Below, in pieces: positions 25,592 through 39,951 of a DNA stretch of 64,000 bases. The notes below the pieces were generated by a model. It saw only the letters and a program-made list of their open reading frames with translations, made no database searches and was not told the origin of the DNA. The stretch's first letter is position 1. The number at the start of each line of letters is the position of its first letter. Made by a program: the position numbers and the translations under genes. The stretch lies in assembly GCF_020745735.1 (NCBI RefSeq), contig NC_083409.1, positions 22,712,048 through 22,776,047 of the forward strand, written 5' to 3'. Source of the DNA: Hemiscyllium ocellatum. Taxonomy: Eukaryota.

Positions 25592-25689
25592 AAGTATATC
25601 CCAAAAAATTGCAGCACAGGGTCTAGAGCAAGGGAGGAACCGGAGAAAATCAATTTTATTAGGGAAATGGTTTTGGGAAAATTGATGGG

Positions 25690-28330
25690 ATTAATGTTCA
25701 ATTAATCCATGGGGACCAATAATCTTCATCCCAGAGGACTTCAGGAAGTGGCCTGAAAATTTTGGGAATATTAGCGTTCATCTTCCAAGATTCTATAGAT
25801 TCTGGAACAGTTCCTGCAGGTTGGGGAGTTGCTGATGTAACCTCACAATTTCAAAAGAGAGGGAGTGAGAAAACGGGGAATTTTAGACCAGTCAGCCTGA
25901 CATTGGTATTAGGGAAAATACTGGAGTCCATTACAAAAGATTTAGTGGCTGAGCACATGGAAAACAGTGACAGGGTTGGACGGAGTCAGATGGATTGCCA
26001 TGCTGAACAAATCCACTGGAATTGTTCGAGGATGTAACGAATGGACTTGATGAGGGCGAGCCAGTGGATGTGGTTAATTTGAACTTCCAGAATGCTTTTA
26101 ATAAATCTTACAGAAGAGATATAAAATTAAGGCTCATAGGATTGGGCAGTATTTTGGCATGGATAGGGAATTGGTTGGCAGATAGGAAACAAAGAGTTGG
26201 AATAAACAGGCTTTTTTTCTGAAAGAGTACCACAGTTATTCGTCATATCACTGAATGTCTTAGATGAAGGAAGCTAAGAGTAATATCTCCAATTTTTCAG
26301 ATAATACAAAGCTGTGTGGGCGGGGGAGCTTGGAGGAGGATGCAGAGATCCTTTTGTGCGATTTGAACAAATTGAGTTAGTGCCAGATGAAATGCAATGT
26401 GGATAAATGTGAGGTGACATAGTTGAGTCACAAAAATGTGAATGCAGATTATGATCTGAGTGGTGATAGATTGGGAATGGGGAGGTTCAATGAGACCTTG
26501 GCGTCCTTACATATCAGTCACTAAAAGTCAGCGTGCAGGAGCAGCTGGCAATGAAGAAGGTAAATAGGATGTTGGTCTTCATAGTGAGGGGATTCGAGAA
26601 CAGGAGAGGGGTGCCTTAATGCAATTTTACAGGGCTTTAGTGAGATCACCTCAGGAGTACTCAACCCAAAATTGGCTTAGTGACAGGAGACAGACGGTGA
26701 AGGCAGAAAGTTGTGTGTGTGAGTCGAGTACAGTGTGCAGTGGGATACCACAGGGGTCAGTCCCTTATTGCTTGTGATTTATAGAAATTATGTAGATGAG
26801 ATTGTTGGAACGGAGTGCTGGTAACTCAGTTTGTAGATGACACAAAGATTGGCCGGATGGTTGACAGTGAGGAAGAAGATATTAGGTTATGGAAGGGTAT
26901 AACCGGATTGGTCAGATGGGCAGATCAGAGTCAGATGGAATTTAACCCTAATAAATGTGACGTGATGCCTTTAGGAAGACACGACAGGTTGATAGGGTAG
27001 TTGTGAAGGCATATAAAAAAACTTTCCTTCAACACTTCAGCTATCGATTATAAGACAGGGTAGATATGTTGGAGCTGTACAGTCTTTGGTTCGGCCAAAG
27101 GAACCAAAGTGCAGTTGTGGTCACCATAGGAGGGATGTGAATGTACTGGACAGGGTTGCAGCTCATGGAATACAGGGAAAACTAGCCATTTGGACACAGA
27201 ACTGGCTCAAAGGTAGAAGACAGAGGGTGGTGGTGGAGGGTTGCTTTTCAATTGGAGGCCTGTGGCCAATGGTGTGCCACAAGGATCATTGCTGAGTTCA
27301 CCGCTTTTCAACATTTATATAACTGATTTGAATGTCAACGTAGGAGGTATAATTAGCAAGTGTGCAGATGACACCAAAATTGGAGGTTAATGGACAGGGA
27401 AGAAGGTTATCTCAGATTACAATGGGATCTTGATCAGTGGGCCAAGGGGCAGATGGAGTTTAATTTAGATAAATGTGAGGTGCTGAATTTTGGAAAGGCA
27501 AATCAGAGCAGGACTTAAACAGGAAGGTCTTGGGGAGTGTTGCTGAACAAAGAGACCTTGGAGTTCAGGTTCATTGCTCCTTGAAGTCACAGGTAGATAG
27601 GATAGTGAAGAAGGTGTTTGGTATGCTTTCCTTTATAGATCAGAGTATTGAGTACAGGAGTTGGGAGGTCATGTTGCAGCTGTACAGGACATTGGTTAGA
27701 CCACTTTTGGAATATTGAGTGCAATTCTGGTCTCCTTTCAATTGGAAAGATGTTGTGAAACTTGAACGGGTTCAGAAAAGATTTACAAAGATGTTGCCAG
27801 GGTTGGAGGATCTGAGCTACAGGGAGAAGCTGAACAGGCTGGGGCTGTTTTCCCTGGATCATCAGAAGCTGAGGGGCGACCTTATAGAGGCTTATAAAAT
27901 CATGAGGGGCATGGGTCGGGTAAATAGACAAGGTAGTCCAGAATTAGGGGTTTAGGGTGAGATGGGAATAAATGTAAAAGTGACCTTTTTCACACAGAGG
28001 ATGGTGCGTAAGTTAAATGAGAGAGTGGTGGAGCTGGTACAATTGCAACATTTAAAAGGCATCTGGATATGTATATGACTAGGAAGGGTTTAGAGGGATA
28101 TGGGCCAAGTGCTGGCAGGTGGGACTAGATTAGTTTAGGATATCTGGTCAGCATGGACGAGTTGGACTGAATGGTCAGTTTCCATGCTGTACATCCCTAT
28201 GACTCCATGAGTGTATGACAGAGCAGATTAACCAGGATGTTGCCTGGGATGGAGTATTTCAGCAATGAGGTGAGGCGGGATAAGCTTGGGATGTTTTCTT
28301 TGGAGCAGAGAAGGATTAGGCAGGACCTAA
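25690..28330 (+). mobile_element. Nested, decayed CR1 ORF2 fragments
   Basis: FRPVSLT, FEDVT...VDVV, FVDDTKIG, QRDLGVQVH, LERVQKRFT motifs with stops and frameshifts. Confidence 0.8.
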
Positions 28331-28859
28331 TAGAGATATTTAAGATTATGAGGGGAATAGACAGGGTGGAACTTTCTGAGGAGCAGGAAAATCAACGTTT
28401 TGGGCAAAAGCCTTTCATTAGGATTAAAGGGCTCCTGCCTGAAACATCGATTTTCCTCATCCTCGGATGTTGCCTGACCTGCCGTGCTTTTCCAGCACCA
28501 CTCTAGTATTGACTCTGATCTCCAGCATCTGCAATCCTCATTTTCGCCTAGGGCAGAATTTTCTCCTGAGGAGTAGGATCAACAATATGTTGGCACACAT
28601 TCAATGTCAAAGAAGAGAGGATTTGAGGAAAAGGTTCTCACCGAGAAGTCGCACAGGAGGGTAGATGAGGTGGGTAATCTCACAACCTTTAAAAAATACT
28701 GAGATCAACACTTGAAATGTCATAACATTCATAGCAATGGGCCTCATGTTGGAAGGTGCAACTACTGTAGGTTTAATGACAGATTCAATGGCCTGAAATG
28801 CCTCTTCTGTGCTATATGATTTTATGCTCCTGTTGTGTGCACCTTTGGTCTCCTTATCT

Positions 28860-29480
28860 GACTGCAGGACCACATCCCTTTTCTCCCTCTGTCACTGGGA
28901 CTGATGTGGACCACGACTGCTGCCTGTTCCCCCTCTCTCCTCAGGGAGCTCTGCAGTCGCTCAGTGACATCCTTGACCCTGGCACCAGGGAGACAACACA
29001 CCATCCTGAATTCTCATCTGCAGCTGCAGAAACACCTATCGATGCCCTCACTCTCGAATCTCCTTTCACTATCACTCTTCCAGTCTTCCTTGTGCCCCCC
29101 TGTACAGCTGAGCCCCCCGTGGTGCCAGGGGCTTGGCTATGGCTGCACTCCCCAGATGAACCATCATTCTCATCAGGATTCTGAACTGAATCCTGGTTGG
29201 AGAGTGGGATGCACTCAGGGGATTCCTGTACTAGATGTCTGATCCTTTTGGACTGTCTGCTGCTCCCCCATTCCCTCTCTCCCTGCATACTCTGAAACTG
29301 CAGAGTGACTACATCTAGAAACGTACACTTCACGGAGCTCTCAGCCTCACGGACGCTCCGCACTGACACCAGCTGCTGCTCAAGCTCCGAAACCTGGAGC
29401 TCCAACTGCTGTCACTGACCACACTTCCTGTACTCATGGTATTCCAGGAGCTGGGAATCATCCTGAACATGGAACAGGAT
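28860..29480 (-). mobile_element. CR1 ORF1 (SGNH-esterase type) fragment
   Basis: VKGDSRVR...MVCCLPGARVKDVTERL. Confidence 0.75.
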
Positions 29481-29609
29481 GCTTGCCATCTCAACTCCCT
29501 GGCTATCTCTTAGCAAAGTCCTGATGACAAACAGTCACAGCAGGATTTGTAATCCAGTGATCTCAGTATTCCAGGGTTTTGGGGAAACTCTCCATAAGAG
29601 CATAATGCC

Positions 29610-32100
29610 TTAAGATGGAGGAACAGAATTTGGCCAATCAACCTATCAAGTCTGCTGTGCCATTTGACCATAGCTGATTGTTTCTCAACCCCTTTCTCCT
29701 GCCTTCTCCCCTACCAGTCAACAGCCTCGCTATCTCTGTTTTAAACACACTCACCGACTTCACCTCCACAGTCTTCTATGGCAATGAGTTCCACAGATTC
29801 ACCACCCTCTGGCTGAGGAAATTCTTCCTCGTCGCATTTCGAAAGGGTCATTCTTTAACTCTAAGTCTGTGCCCTCAGGTCTGAGTTTCATTGGCTAGTG
29901 GAAGCATCCTCTCCGCACCACTCTATCCAGACCTCCCAGTATATTGTAAGTTTCAATCAGATACGGCACCCCTCCCCATGTCTTTCCAAATTCCATGAAG
30001 TAGAGACCCAAAATTCTCAATTGCAGCTCACATGACAAGCCCAGGATCATTCTTGCAAAGCTCTTCTGGACCCCCTCCAATGCCAGCACACCCTTCTTGA
30101 GTTGTGCAGCCCAAACTGCTCACAATATGCCAAATGTGGTCTGACCATAGCCTTATCCAGCCTCAGCAGTCCACTTGTATTCTAGTTCTGTCACAACGAA
30201 TGCCAGCATTGCTTTTGCCTTCATAATTGCCAACTGAACCTGCATGTTAACCTCAAGAAAAACCTGAACAAGTTCCTTTCTGCTTCAGATTTCCAAATCT
30301 CCCCCCTATTTAGAAAATAGACAACACCTCTATTCTTCCCGCCAAAGTGCACAACCTTGCACTTTCCCACATTGTATTCCATCTGCCACTTCTTTGCACT
30401 CTCTCGCCTAGCTGGTCCAAGTCCATCTGCAGCCTCCCTGATTCCTCAACACTACCTGTCCCTCCATCTAACTTTCTGTCATCTGCAAACTTAGCAGCAA
30501 TGGTCTCAGTCCTTTTTCCAGAAGCATGGTGGCTCAGTGGCTAGCACTGCTGCCTCACAGTGCCAGGGACCCAGGTTCAATTCAACCTTGGTTGACTATC
30601 TGTATGGAATTTGCACATTCACCCTGTGTCTGTGTGGGTTTCCTCCCCCGTTCCAAAAGAAAATGTGCAGGCTGTGAATTGGCCGTGCTAAACTGCCCAT
30701 CGTATTAGGTGCATTAGTTGGGGGAAATGAGTGTGGGTGGGTTACTCTTTGGAGGGGAGGGTTGGGCTGAAGGGCCTGCTTCCACACTGTAGGGAATCTA
30801 ATCATCAATGCATAATTAATTTTTATGTGAGTAGCTGTAGTCCCAACACTGACCACTGTAGATGTGAAGCTGAAGAGCACAGCAGATCAGATAACATCCG
30901 AGGAATATGCAAGTCAATGTTTTGGGCTGAAATCCTTCGTTAGGACTGACCTGACTGACTAACCTTCCCTAACGAAGGGTTTCAACCTGAAACATTGACT
31001 TTCCTGCACCTCAGATGCAGACTGACCTGCTGTGCTCTTCCAGCTTCACATCTATTGACTCTGACTTCCAGCATCTGCAATCCTTACTGTCTCCTAGTCA
31101 CTGACCCCGCAGATTTCCACTAAGCCCTGTCCACCACCCCAAAAAAATTCATTTTATCCTTCTCCCTATCCATGCCAGTATTGTGCCCATCTTATTTTAG
31201 TTTTCAGCTCATGTATGGCAACTTGTCAAAATCTTCTGGCAATCCAAATGGATCATGTGCATTGGCTCTCCTCTGTCTAACTTGCTCATTAACACCTACT
31301 GTTACATCAGATTCCAGCTTCTCCTTCTCAAACTGCAGGGTGAATTCTATCATATTATGGTCACTACCCCCTAGAGGATTTTTCATCTTCTCTCGTATCA
31401 GTTTTGCCTCATTACACATCACCAGATGCAGAACTGCCTGTTCCATAGTGGGCTATACCATAGGCTGTTCCCAAAAATCCATTTCATAGATAATCCAAAA
31501 TTCCCTTCCTTGAGATCAGCTACCAGTTTGATTTTCCCTGTCCACCGCATATTCAAATTCCCAATGATTGTTGTAACATTGCCTTTCTTACATGATAAAT
31601 CAATCTCCTGATTTATTTTCTTCCCCACTATCACTAGGAGGCCTGTACATGTGCCCTGTCAGGATCTTTTTCCCTTTGTGGTTCCTCAACTGTAACCCCA
31701 CAGATTCTACACTTTCTGACTCCATAAAGCTCTTGCTATCGATTTAATTTCATTTCTTACTCACAAGACAAACCTGGCCCCTCTACCCACCTGCCTGTCT
31801 TTTCAATAGAGGACATGTGTCCTTGGATATTTAGTTCCCAGCCCAGATCTCCATGCAGCCACATCTCTGTGATACACTCATCTTACCTGCCAGTTTCAAT
31901 CTACACTGCAAGCTCATTGTGTACACTGTGTGCATTAAAGTACAACACCCTCAGTCCTGCATTGACTGCCCTCCTTCTCAAGGTTGTCCCCTTTTATGCT
32001 GTGTCGAGAGTTAGTTTCCTGACACTTTCCATACTCTCTGTTCTTTTATTTGCCCTGGAAACTTTACTAACATCTCCAGATTCCACCCCCATTTAACTAG
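29610..32100 (-). mobile_element. Decayed CR1 fragments (RT 3' part and endonuclease part)
   Basis: LEGVQKSFARM; PLGGSDHNMIEF. Confidence 0.65.
30523..30802 (+). mobile_element. HE1-type SINE
   Basis: A/B boxes and body. Confidence 0.8.
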
Positions 32101-32577
32101 GTTAAAATCCTTGGGTACTTGATTTACACTGATCTGCCACATGACTTTACCTTTTTCCAAATGTTTCATGCATTGAGATATAAGGCCTTTTAGTTTGTTC
32201 CATTCTCAAGTAACCCTGTACTTTTATGGTTCCTTGGTACATTGCAGCATTTTCAAATTCTGTGTCTTCCTTTTATTTCCTGGTATCAATCAATCTCATC
32301 ACAAACCAGCCATTCTGCCCTCTCCTTTAACTTTCATTTTCTCGTTTTCTACCTCTTTGGATGGAGTTCAGGTGAATATTTGTCCCTGAAACATTAGTGT
32401 ATATGCTCCTTGGATCTCATTGTTGCTTGTGTCACCTTCTTGTGTACAAACTGGTTGTGACATTCCACACATTACAACAGTGACTGGTCTTCAGTCAAGA
32501 CCCTCACTGTCTGTAAATGTCTTTGGGAGAGCAAAAGGTGTGAAATACTCAATGGAAATACATGCCTTTTCTATGGA

Positions 32578-32870
32578 GTGGCACGGTGGCTCAGTGGTTA
32601 GCACTGCTGCCTCACAACACCAGGGACCCAGGTTTGATCCCTGCCTCGTTCTCCCCATGACTGTATGGGTTCCTTCCAGGTGCTCTGGTTTCTTCCCACA
32701 GTCCAAAGGTGTGCGGGTTAGGGGAAACTGGCCATGCTAAATTGCCCATAGTGTTAGGTATGTTAGTCAGGGGTAAATTATAGGGAAGTGAGCTTTGGAG
32801 GGTTACTGTTCGGAGGGCTGGTGTGGACTTGTTGGGCTGAAGGGCCTGTTTCCATACTGGAAGGAATCTA
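32578..32870 (+). mobile_element. HE1-type SINE
   Basis: A/B boxes and body. Confidence 0.8.
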
Positions 32871-33401
32871 ACCTTTTTTTAAAAAAAACTGGGAGTCTTT
32901 CAGTTGTGAGAAAAGCCATTCTATGGCACTATTAAATGAAGAGCAGGGCAGTTTCCCCCTGGTGTATTGGTCAATTGACCTCCTCCCAAAAACCATCACT
33001 AAAACTCTGATCCTCTGCTCATTATCATGATCGTATTGTGCCCAGTCTGCTGGAAAGAGCCACTGGGACATCCTGAGGTGGGACAGGTGCTACACAAACG
33101 CAAGTTTTTCTTAGTGGTTGGAGTCTCCTGATCCTGACCCTCACCCATTGTCCATGCATTCTCACCTTCCAAGGGTTATTTAGAGCACTGATGCTGTCTG
33201 ACCCGGGGACACTGAGACTTATTGCAGCCTCACCCTTGACTTCAGCACAGTGCTGGGCAGCAAGGTTTGAAATGTCATCTAGAACCTTCTACATGGAGGG
33301 GACCCAACATTACTCCATCCTGATGTGTTCTGATCCAAATCTGCTCCAATGTTTTCAGATAAAGATCTGTGAGTGGCCAGAGGTTTGTTAAAGAGATATT
33401 G

Positions 33402-33722
33402 TGTGGGCAGCACAGTGGTTAGCCCTGCTGCCTGACAGCACGAGGGAACTGGGTTTGATTACACTCTCAGGTGACTGTCTGTATGAAATTTGCACATTCT
33501 CCCTGTGTCTGCTCGGGTTTCCTCTGATAGTCCAAAGACGTGCAATTTGGTGGATTGGACATAGTAAATTGCTCCTAGGGTCCTGGGTTCTGCAAGCCAG
33601 GTGGATTAGCCATGGGGTTGCAGGGATAGTGTAGGGGGAGGGTCTGGGTGGGATGCTCTTTGGAGGGTTGGTGTGGACTTAAGGAGCTGAATGACTTGCT
33701 CCCATATTGTAAGGATTCTATG
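33402..33722 (+). mobile_element. HE1-related SINE variant; absent from the paralogous position (~690)
   Basis: SINE head and body interrupt the duplicated sequence. Confidence 0.7.
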
Positions 33723-34812
33723 ATAATGTGCTCCATCCCACTTTCCAGCTCTTACTCTGGAGGTTTTGGTGTTTCAAGTGAATATCGAATTTTTTGTAAT
33801 GTGGTGAGGTTTCTGCCTCTCCCAAACTTTCAGATAGTGAATCCTAGATCCATCCACCCTCTGAGTGAAAAACGTACTCAACTCCCGTTGAACCCTGCCC
33901 CCAATTCATTTTAATGGCTCCCCAGGGTTATTGCCCTCTCTGCTGATGGAAATCAGTCCTTTCTACCCACTCTATCCAGGCCCCTCATCATTTTACACAC
34001 CACAATCAAATCTCCCCTCAGCCTCCTCTGTTCCAAAGAAAACATTCCCAGCCAAACCAATCAGTCCTTAGATCTAAAACTCTGCATTCCTTAGAAAATC
34101 CTTGTGAATCTCCTCTGTCTACTCTCTCATAGGATCACATCCTGAAAGGCTCTAACTACAGTTTTACACAGTTGATCTGTTCACCAGAACCATACAGAGG
34201 ATTGAACTCCTGGTATCCAATATCACCTTTCCGGTTTAGTCTGCCCAACTCTGGTTGGTTTTTCATATCCCAGGGTGAGAGTCGAGATTTGGGAGCCCCA
34301 CCCTTACTCACTGTGGGAACAGATTCTAAATGATCTGGGGCTCCTCCTTGAAGACCTCCCACTGCCCCGCCACTGATTTCCCAAGAAGTCACCAGTTCCA
34401 GTCCACTTTTACTAAATTATCACATCATTTAGTAAAATGGTTTGTTCCCAAATGAAAACTTTTACACTTGTTCCGTCCCTACTCTCAATCTCACTGAGTT
34501 CTGATCACTGGCACTGAAATGCTCCCCCATTGATAGTCCTTCCAGCTGCCCACATTCATTCCCTTAACAATGGTCCAAAACTGTCCCTTCTCTTTCACCA
34601 TCACCTTCTCAGGGGCAATTAGGGATGGTAATAAACACTGGCACTGCCAGTGAGACTCGCGTCCCAAGATACAATTTAAACAATACCTGTCCTTTTGTCG
34701 GGTTTATTACGTTTTGGTTACAAACGTTCAAAAGGATTTTCTTTGCCAGTTAATGTTAGAGTTGAAATCCTTTCGAACGTCAGAGCTTAAAATTGTTTCT
34801 CTTGTCTTTCAG

Positions 34813-35141
34813 ACCGTGAGAACTCTCAGCCCAAGCTGACCCTGCTGCCCCCCTCCCTGGAGCAGGTCAATGCCAAGGGCACTGCCACCCTGGTGTGCCT
34901 TGCCAATCACTTCTATCCCGATGAGCTGGAGGTGCAGTGGAAGAAGGATGGCGCAGTCATTTCGGACAGGGTTCAGACCAGCAACTACCTGCGAGCTTCG
35001 GACAGCACCTACAGTGTCAGCAGCCTGCTGACCCTCTCTGGGTCTGACTGGGAGTCCAACGCTCACTTCTCCTGTGCCCTCACCCACGTGACCCTCCCCT
35101 CTCCCCTCAGCAAGAGCATCAGGAGATCAGAATGTGTGTAG
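34813..35141 (+). CDS. IGKC: Ig light-chain constant exon, kappa/type III, copy 2
   Basis: Acceptor tcttgtctttcAG at 34811-34812. Open frame xRENSQPKLTLLPPSLEQV...RSECV*. 8 nt differences from copy 1 in 329 nt. Confidence 0.92.
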
Positions 35142-35656
35142 AGTGTTGGAGACAGTCCATAGAGGAGACACAACTTTAAACAGAACAGGGCTGAGCTGGC
35201 AGGACAAAGGTCATTGTCAGCACTGAATTTCAACTCTCTTCCTTCTCAGGACTGGCTCAGAGACAGGTGAGGTTCAGGGGTTAAGGCAGATCATTAGGAC
35301 ACTGGGAGCTTTATGCTGTATCTGTGTGCTGTCCCTATCCTGGGATTATTTGATGGGGACAGTGTTGACTCCTATTGCCAAGTAAAACATCTCAAAGATA
35401 CTGAAAACTGTCAGCTGTACAAAACAATGTGAACCTCAGAAGTCTCTGCTTCAGTAAACCAGATCTCCTTCCTGCTCAGCTGCCAGTTCCAATTTAAGGT
35501 TTTGTCACTGTTTTAAGGGACAAGATTCTCATGCTATTGAGAAAATCTCCACAAGTGTTTTCCTCAAGCTCCAATGTGGCTGTGAATTTGTGCAGCTTCC
35601 TCTGTCTGGGCTGTTAATTGCTGACTGTTTTCTGTCAATGTCAATCTGGAAAAGGG

Positions 35657-35662
35657 AATAAA
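35657..35662 (+). promoter_or_regulatory. Probable polyadenylation signal of C-kappa copy 2
   Basis: AATAAA in the same context (gaaaagggAATAAAg) as 3519-3524. Confidence 0.65.
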
Positions 35663-36615
35663 GACGATGATGATTTGGTCTCGTGTACGCTGTGGAAATA
35701 GACTATCCGCCTCAGCTGATTGATTGACAGGTCACCCAGCCAAGGACACATCTGTAGTTTGAACCGGGAGCCAATGACTTTCAAATGACCCCTTTGATCT
35801 GGAATCCGTCGAGGTTACAAGATTCCAAATAGAACAGAAACTGAAAGCTGTTGGGACTCAATCATTCCAATCGGAGACATTCCCTCTTCACTCGGTTGGT
35901 CCAGACCCAGCTGATGGGATCACACTGTGCACTCTCCACTGCATCCTGGGGAACACACTAAATGATTTAGATTACAAATGTTAGAGGCTGCAGTCACAAG
36001 ATTCATTCCTCTCACTTTAGCCTGTCACAGCTCAAAAGTGAGGTCTTATTTCAGACAGAGGTTCAATCAGGAACTCAGAGCATACCTGAGCCTGTATGGG
36101 TGTGACTGTTACCCAATGGTGTCTGTAGGTACGTGTCTCTGAGTGCGGGTGTGACTGTTACTCAGTACTGACTGTAGGTGTACCTGTCAGTGTGGGTGTG
36201 ACTGTTACCCAGTTAATGTCTGTAGGTGTGTGCCTCAGCTTTGCAGCATTCTATCCCTCTTTGAGTTTGATTTGTGTGTGAAACCCAGTTGGTGATTTCA
36301 GATTTGTTCAGAGGGGAGGGGATGGAGTGTGCTGTGTCCAGGGAAATTGCGATCGTATCCTGGCCCCCATTCCCATATTCCTGTTAAAACTAGATTAACG
36401 GGATGTTGTTATCCGTGTATTTATAATTGAGATTTACAGGATAGAGTGCAGTCACTTACTGACAACCCCACCTCGGTCCAGAATGTGGTCATGTTGATAC
36501 TAATCGAACGTTTGAAGTGAATGGGGAAGAACTGGGATCTTCCTATACAGCTAGCTGAAAGGCCAGTGGTGTAGAGCGAGCACAGAACACAGCCAGACCA
36601 ACAACAGTGAGTTAG

Positions 36616-36621
36616 TTTATT
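36616..36621 (-). promoter_or_regulatory. Candidate RABGAP1L polyadenylation signal
   Basis: AATAAA on the minus strand ~1 kb past the stop, at the end of an AT-rich, repeat-free UTR-like tract. Confidence 0.5.
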
Positions 36622-37619
36622 GTTGAAAATACAATTGTTACAAATATAAGCTGCCCCCAAGAGATGGTTGCACTAGGGTGAACAACAGGGGGCAGCTGGG
36701 TATTACAGATAAACACACCAACAAAAGGAACCTGTTCACTGGGACAACAGGCTGCTGCAAGTTAAGCTTAAAATTTCCCCAGATTTTAACTACATTTAAT
36801 ATTGAACTTGTTTGAAAATTAAAGAAACAAGATAGATCATTTGTTCTTTGTACATTGTGCAAATCGAGTCCTTTAGCTATTCCTCTGTCACGTCCACGCA
36901 CATTGGTTTGTAAAGACTGAAAAGGGAAAAATGGTGGACAGACCATTGCATAAAGATCCAAGCAGAACATTAAGTGGGTAAGGCAGGATGAGCAGAGTGC
37001 ATCATGGGAACTGACCTGAGCAAAACATCATGATCTCTGAGAGTCAATGAATAGGAGCAGCTCTCAGTCCAGTGAGAGAGAGAAGGAAGCAAGCAAGCAA
37101 GCAAGGTCTGGAGAGCAAGTAGTTCAGAAAGAGGGAGCACACAGGAGAGTGTGAAAGAAGAAAGGAGAGCAAAGAGAGACTGGAGAGAGTGAAGAAGATT
37201 CTCAGTTCGCCTGCGCAAGGTGACAAATCAGCAAACACTGGCATTTCTCACAGGCCCTTATCTTTCACAGTGCCTGGAGAACTGACCTGTTCACCACATT
37301 AAACCAATGAGACTCTCAATTAACTGCTGTCAATGAAAACGACAAGGTACTGATAGTAAAATACAACATTTCTTGTTCAACAATATACAAACCATCAATC
37401 CGTCAGATTGGATCCCAGAATGAGGAAGGATTTGAATGTACAAAGAGTTGGACAGCTGGCCCTGAGCAGGGCCATTTCTTGAGCTCGAGGATGGTGTCAG
37501 CGGTGAGGGGACTTGCTGTTGAGTTCAGGTGGTCATCCTCAGGATGCTGTTCCCTCACCATCAGGGGCTGAGAAGACGGGGTGGAGGGGGGAGAAGGGGG
37601 GAGGACGAGGTGTGTGGCA

Positions 37620-38175
<556 letters not shown>

Positions 38176-38942
38176 CTGGGAATTGAAAAGGCAGCAAGCC
38201 TGAGGCACTCGGCAACGACCCTGCGCTTGCGTCTTCTTATCCCACCACCGTGTCGAGAGTTTAATTCCTTATCAGGAAGAACAACGCGACCGGCTGGGCC
38301 AGTATTTACTGTACGTCCCCAATTGCCCTAGAGAAGGGGGTGGTAAGCTGCCTTACTGAAACGTTGCAATCCATTCAGTGTTGGGGCAGCCACAATGGTG
38401 CTAATGTTAGGATTTTGACCCAGCAACACGGAAGGAACAGCAATATCGTTTCTATGCTAGAATGGAGTCTGGCTTTCCTGATGAGACCTCAGTACTACCA
38501 TGAACAGCAAACACTGTTTGATCTCAAAGTCAGCTCATCCCCAGGAGAAGGTGGGTGAGCTGCAACTGTGCATGGTTAAGAAATGCTGGCCCAGTCGGTG
38601 GTGTCCACGTCCCATGAGGGAATAAGGAGACATTGATTGTTGGGTATTTAGCTCACTGTAGAAATCTATTCACAATCAGGAGGCTGGAGGGGCAGGAATC
38701 CTTCAAGACATTTTAGAAACATTTAGCGGAGTCCTTGAAATCCCGTAGCATGCAAGGCTACAGGTCAAGAGCTGGGAAATGGGATTGGAACATATTTGAT
38801 GATCAATGGGGACACCATGGACCATAGCACCACTTTCCGAGCGGGAAAGACTGTGACCACACAGGATATAACTGGTGATTCCATGTGAAGACAGCAGAAA
38901 ATCAAATGACAGAGTGGGGATCAGAGACTGCTCGATTCCTAC

Positions 38943-39014
38943 CTTCACGAGTTCTAGTTCCTCCTTACTCGCCGCCTGCTGTCTCTCCAACCGTGTACTC
39001 AATTGTGAACAAAT
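38943..39014 (-). CDS. RABGAP1L: RABGAP1L exon: ICSQLSTRLERQQAASKEELELVK
   Basis: 72 nt, ttgttctgttcAG acceptor and GTAGGA donor, phase 0. Confidence 0.92.
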
Positions 39015-39951
39015 CTGAACAGAACAAGAGGGAGAGTTAGTGCTGCTCTTGTCACCTCACTGATCCATCCGCATAATACTCAGCTGATAACTTTATCAGA
39101 CTGCACTGTACATAAGTTTAGTAAGAAGGCCTTAATTGTCATGGATTAAACAGGATTTTGTTCCAAAGGAAACTGTGTCCCTACTTCTGGATATCCTCAC
39201 AAAAGGTATCCATCTGTCATGTACCCTCAGGGTCTTAAGTTAGCCCAGCATTATCTGTGGAGAGAGAAACAGAGTAGCGCTTCAGATCTAGTAAGACTTC
39301 TGTAGAAACCTTAACTCTTATTTCTTTCTCCGCAGATACCGCCAGACTCGCTGAGTTTCTCCAGCATTCTGCTTTTGATTTCAGATTTCCAGCATCCACT
39401 GTCCACTGCTTTTCTCCCCGAGAATCCTCCGTTTCAACAGGATCACCTCTCATTCCCTAAACTCTAATGTGTACGCATATCCAACCTTTCCTCAGAGGAT
39501 AACCCCCCTCATCCCAGGAATGAGTTGAGTGAACTCTCCCTGAACTGTTTCTGACAATTACATCATAACATACAGAAGGTGAAATGGCCATTCAGCCCAT
39601 CAAGTCTGTTTCACGATTCAATGAGATTATGGCTGGTCTGATCATCTTCACTTCCATTTTCTTATCTTTTCCCCACAACCCTTGATATCCTTTCTTAAAT
39701 GAGACCAAAATGATACACAGCTCTCCAGATGAGGCCTCATTAACATCCAGCAGGCAGTAATTGTTAACTGGTGAGATGGCCACCAGTACAGCCCTGAGGA
39801 TTGATTCAATGTACAGGTACTAACTCCTGGCTCCAAATACTCACCATGTTACACTTAACACTTAAAAAAAATGAAAACATTCTTTTATTATTCAAATGAT
39901 CAATATAATAGATTTTATTGTTTTGCAACTGTTTTAGGTTCTTCCAAAATG

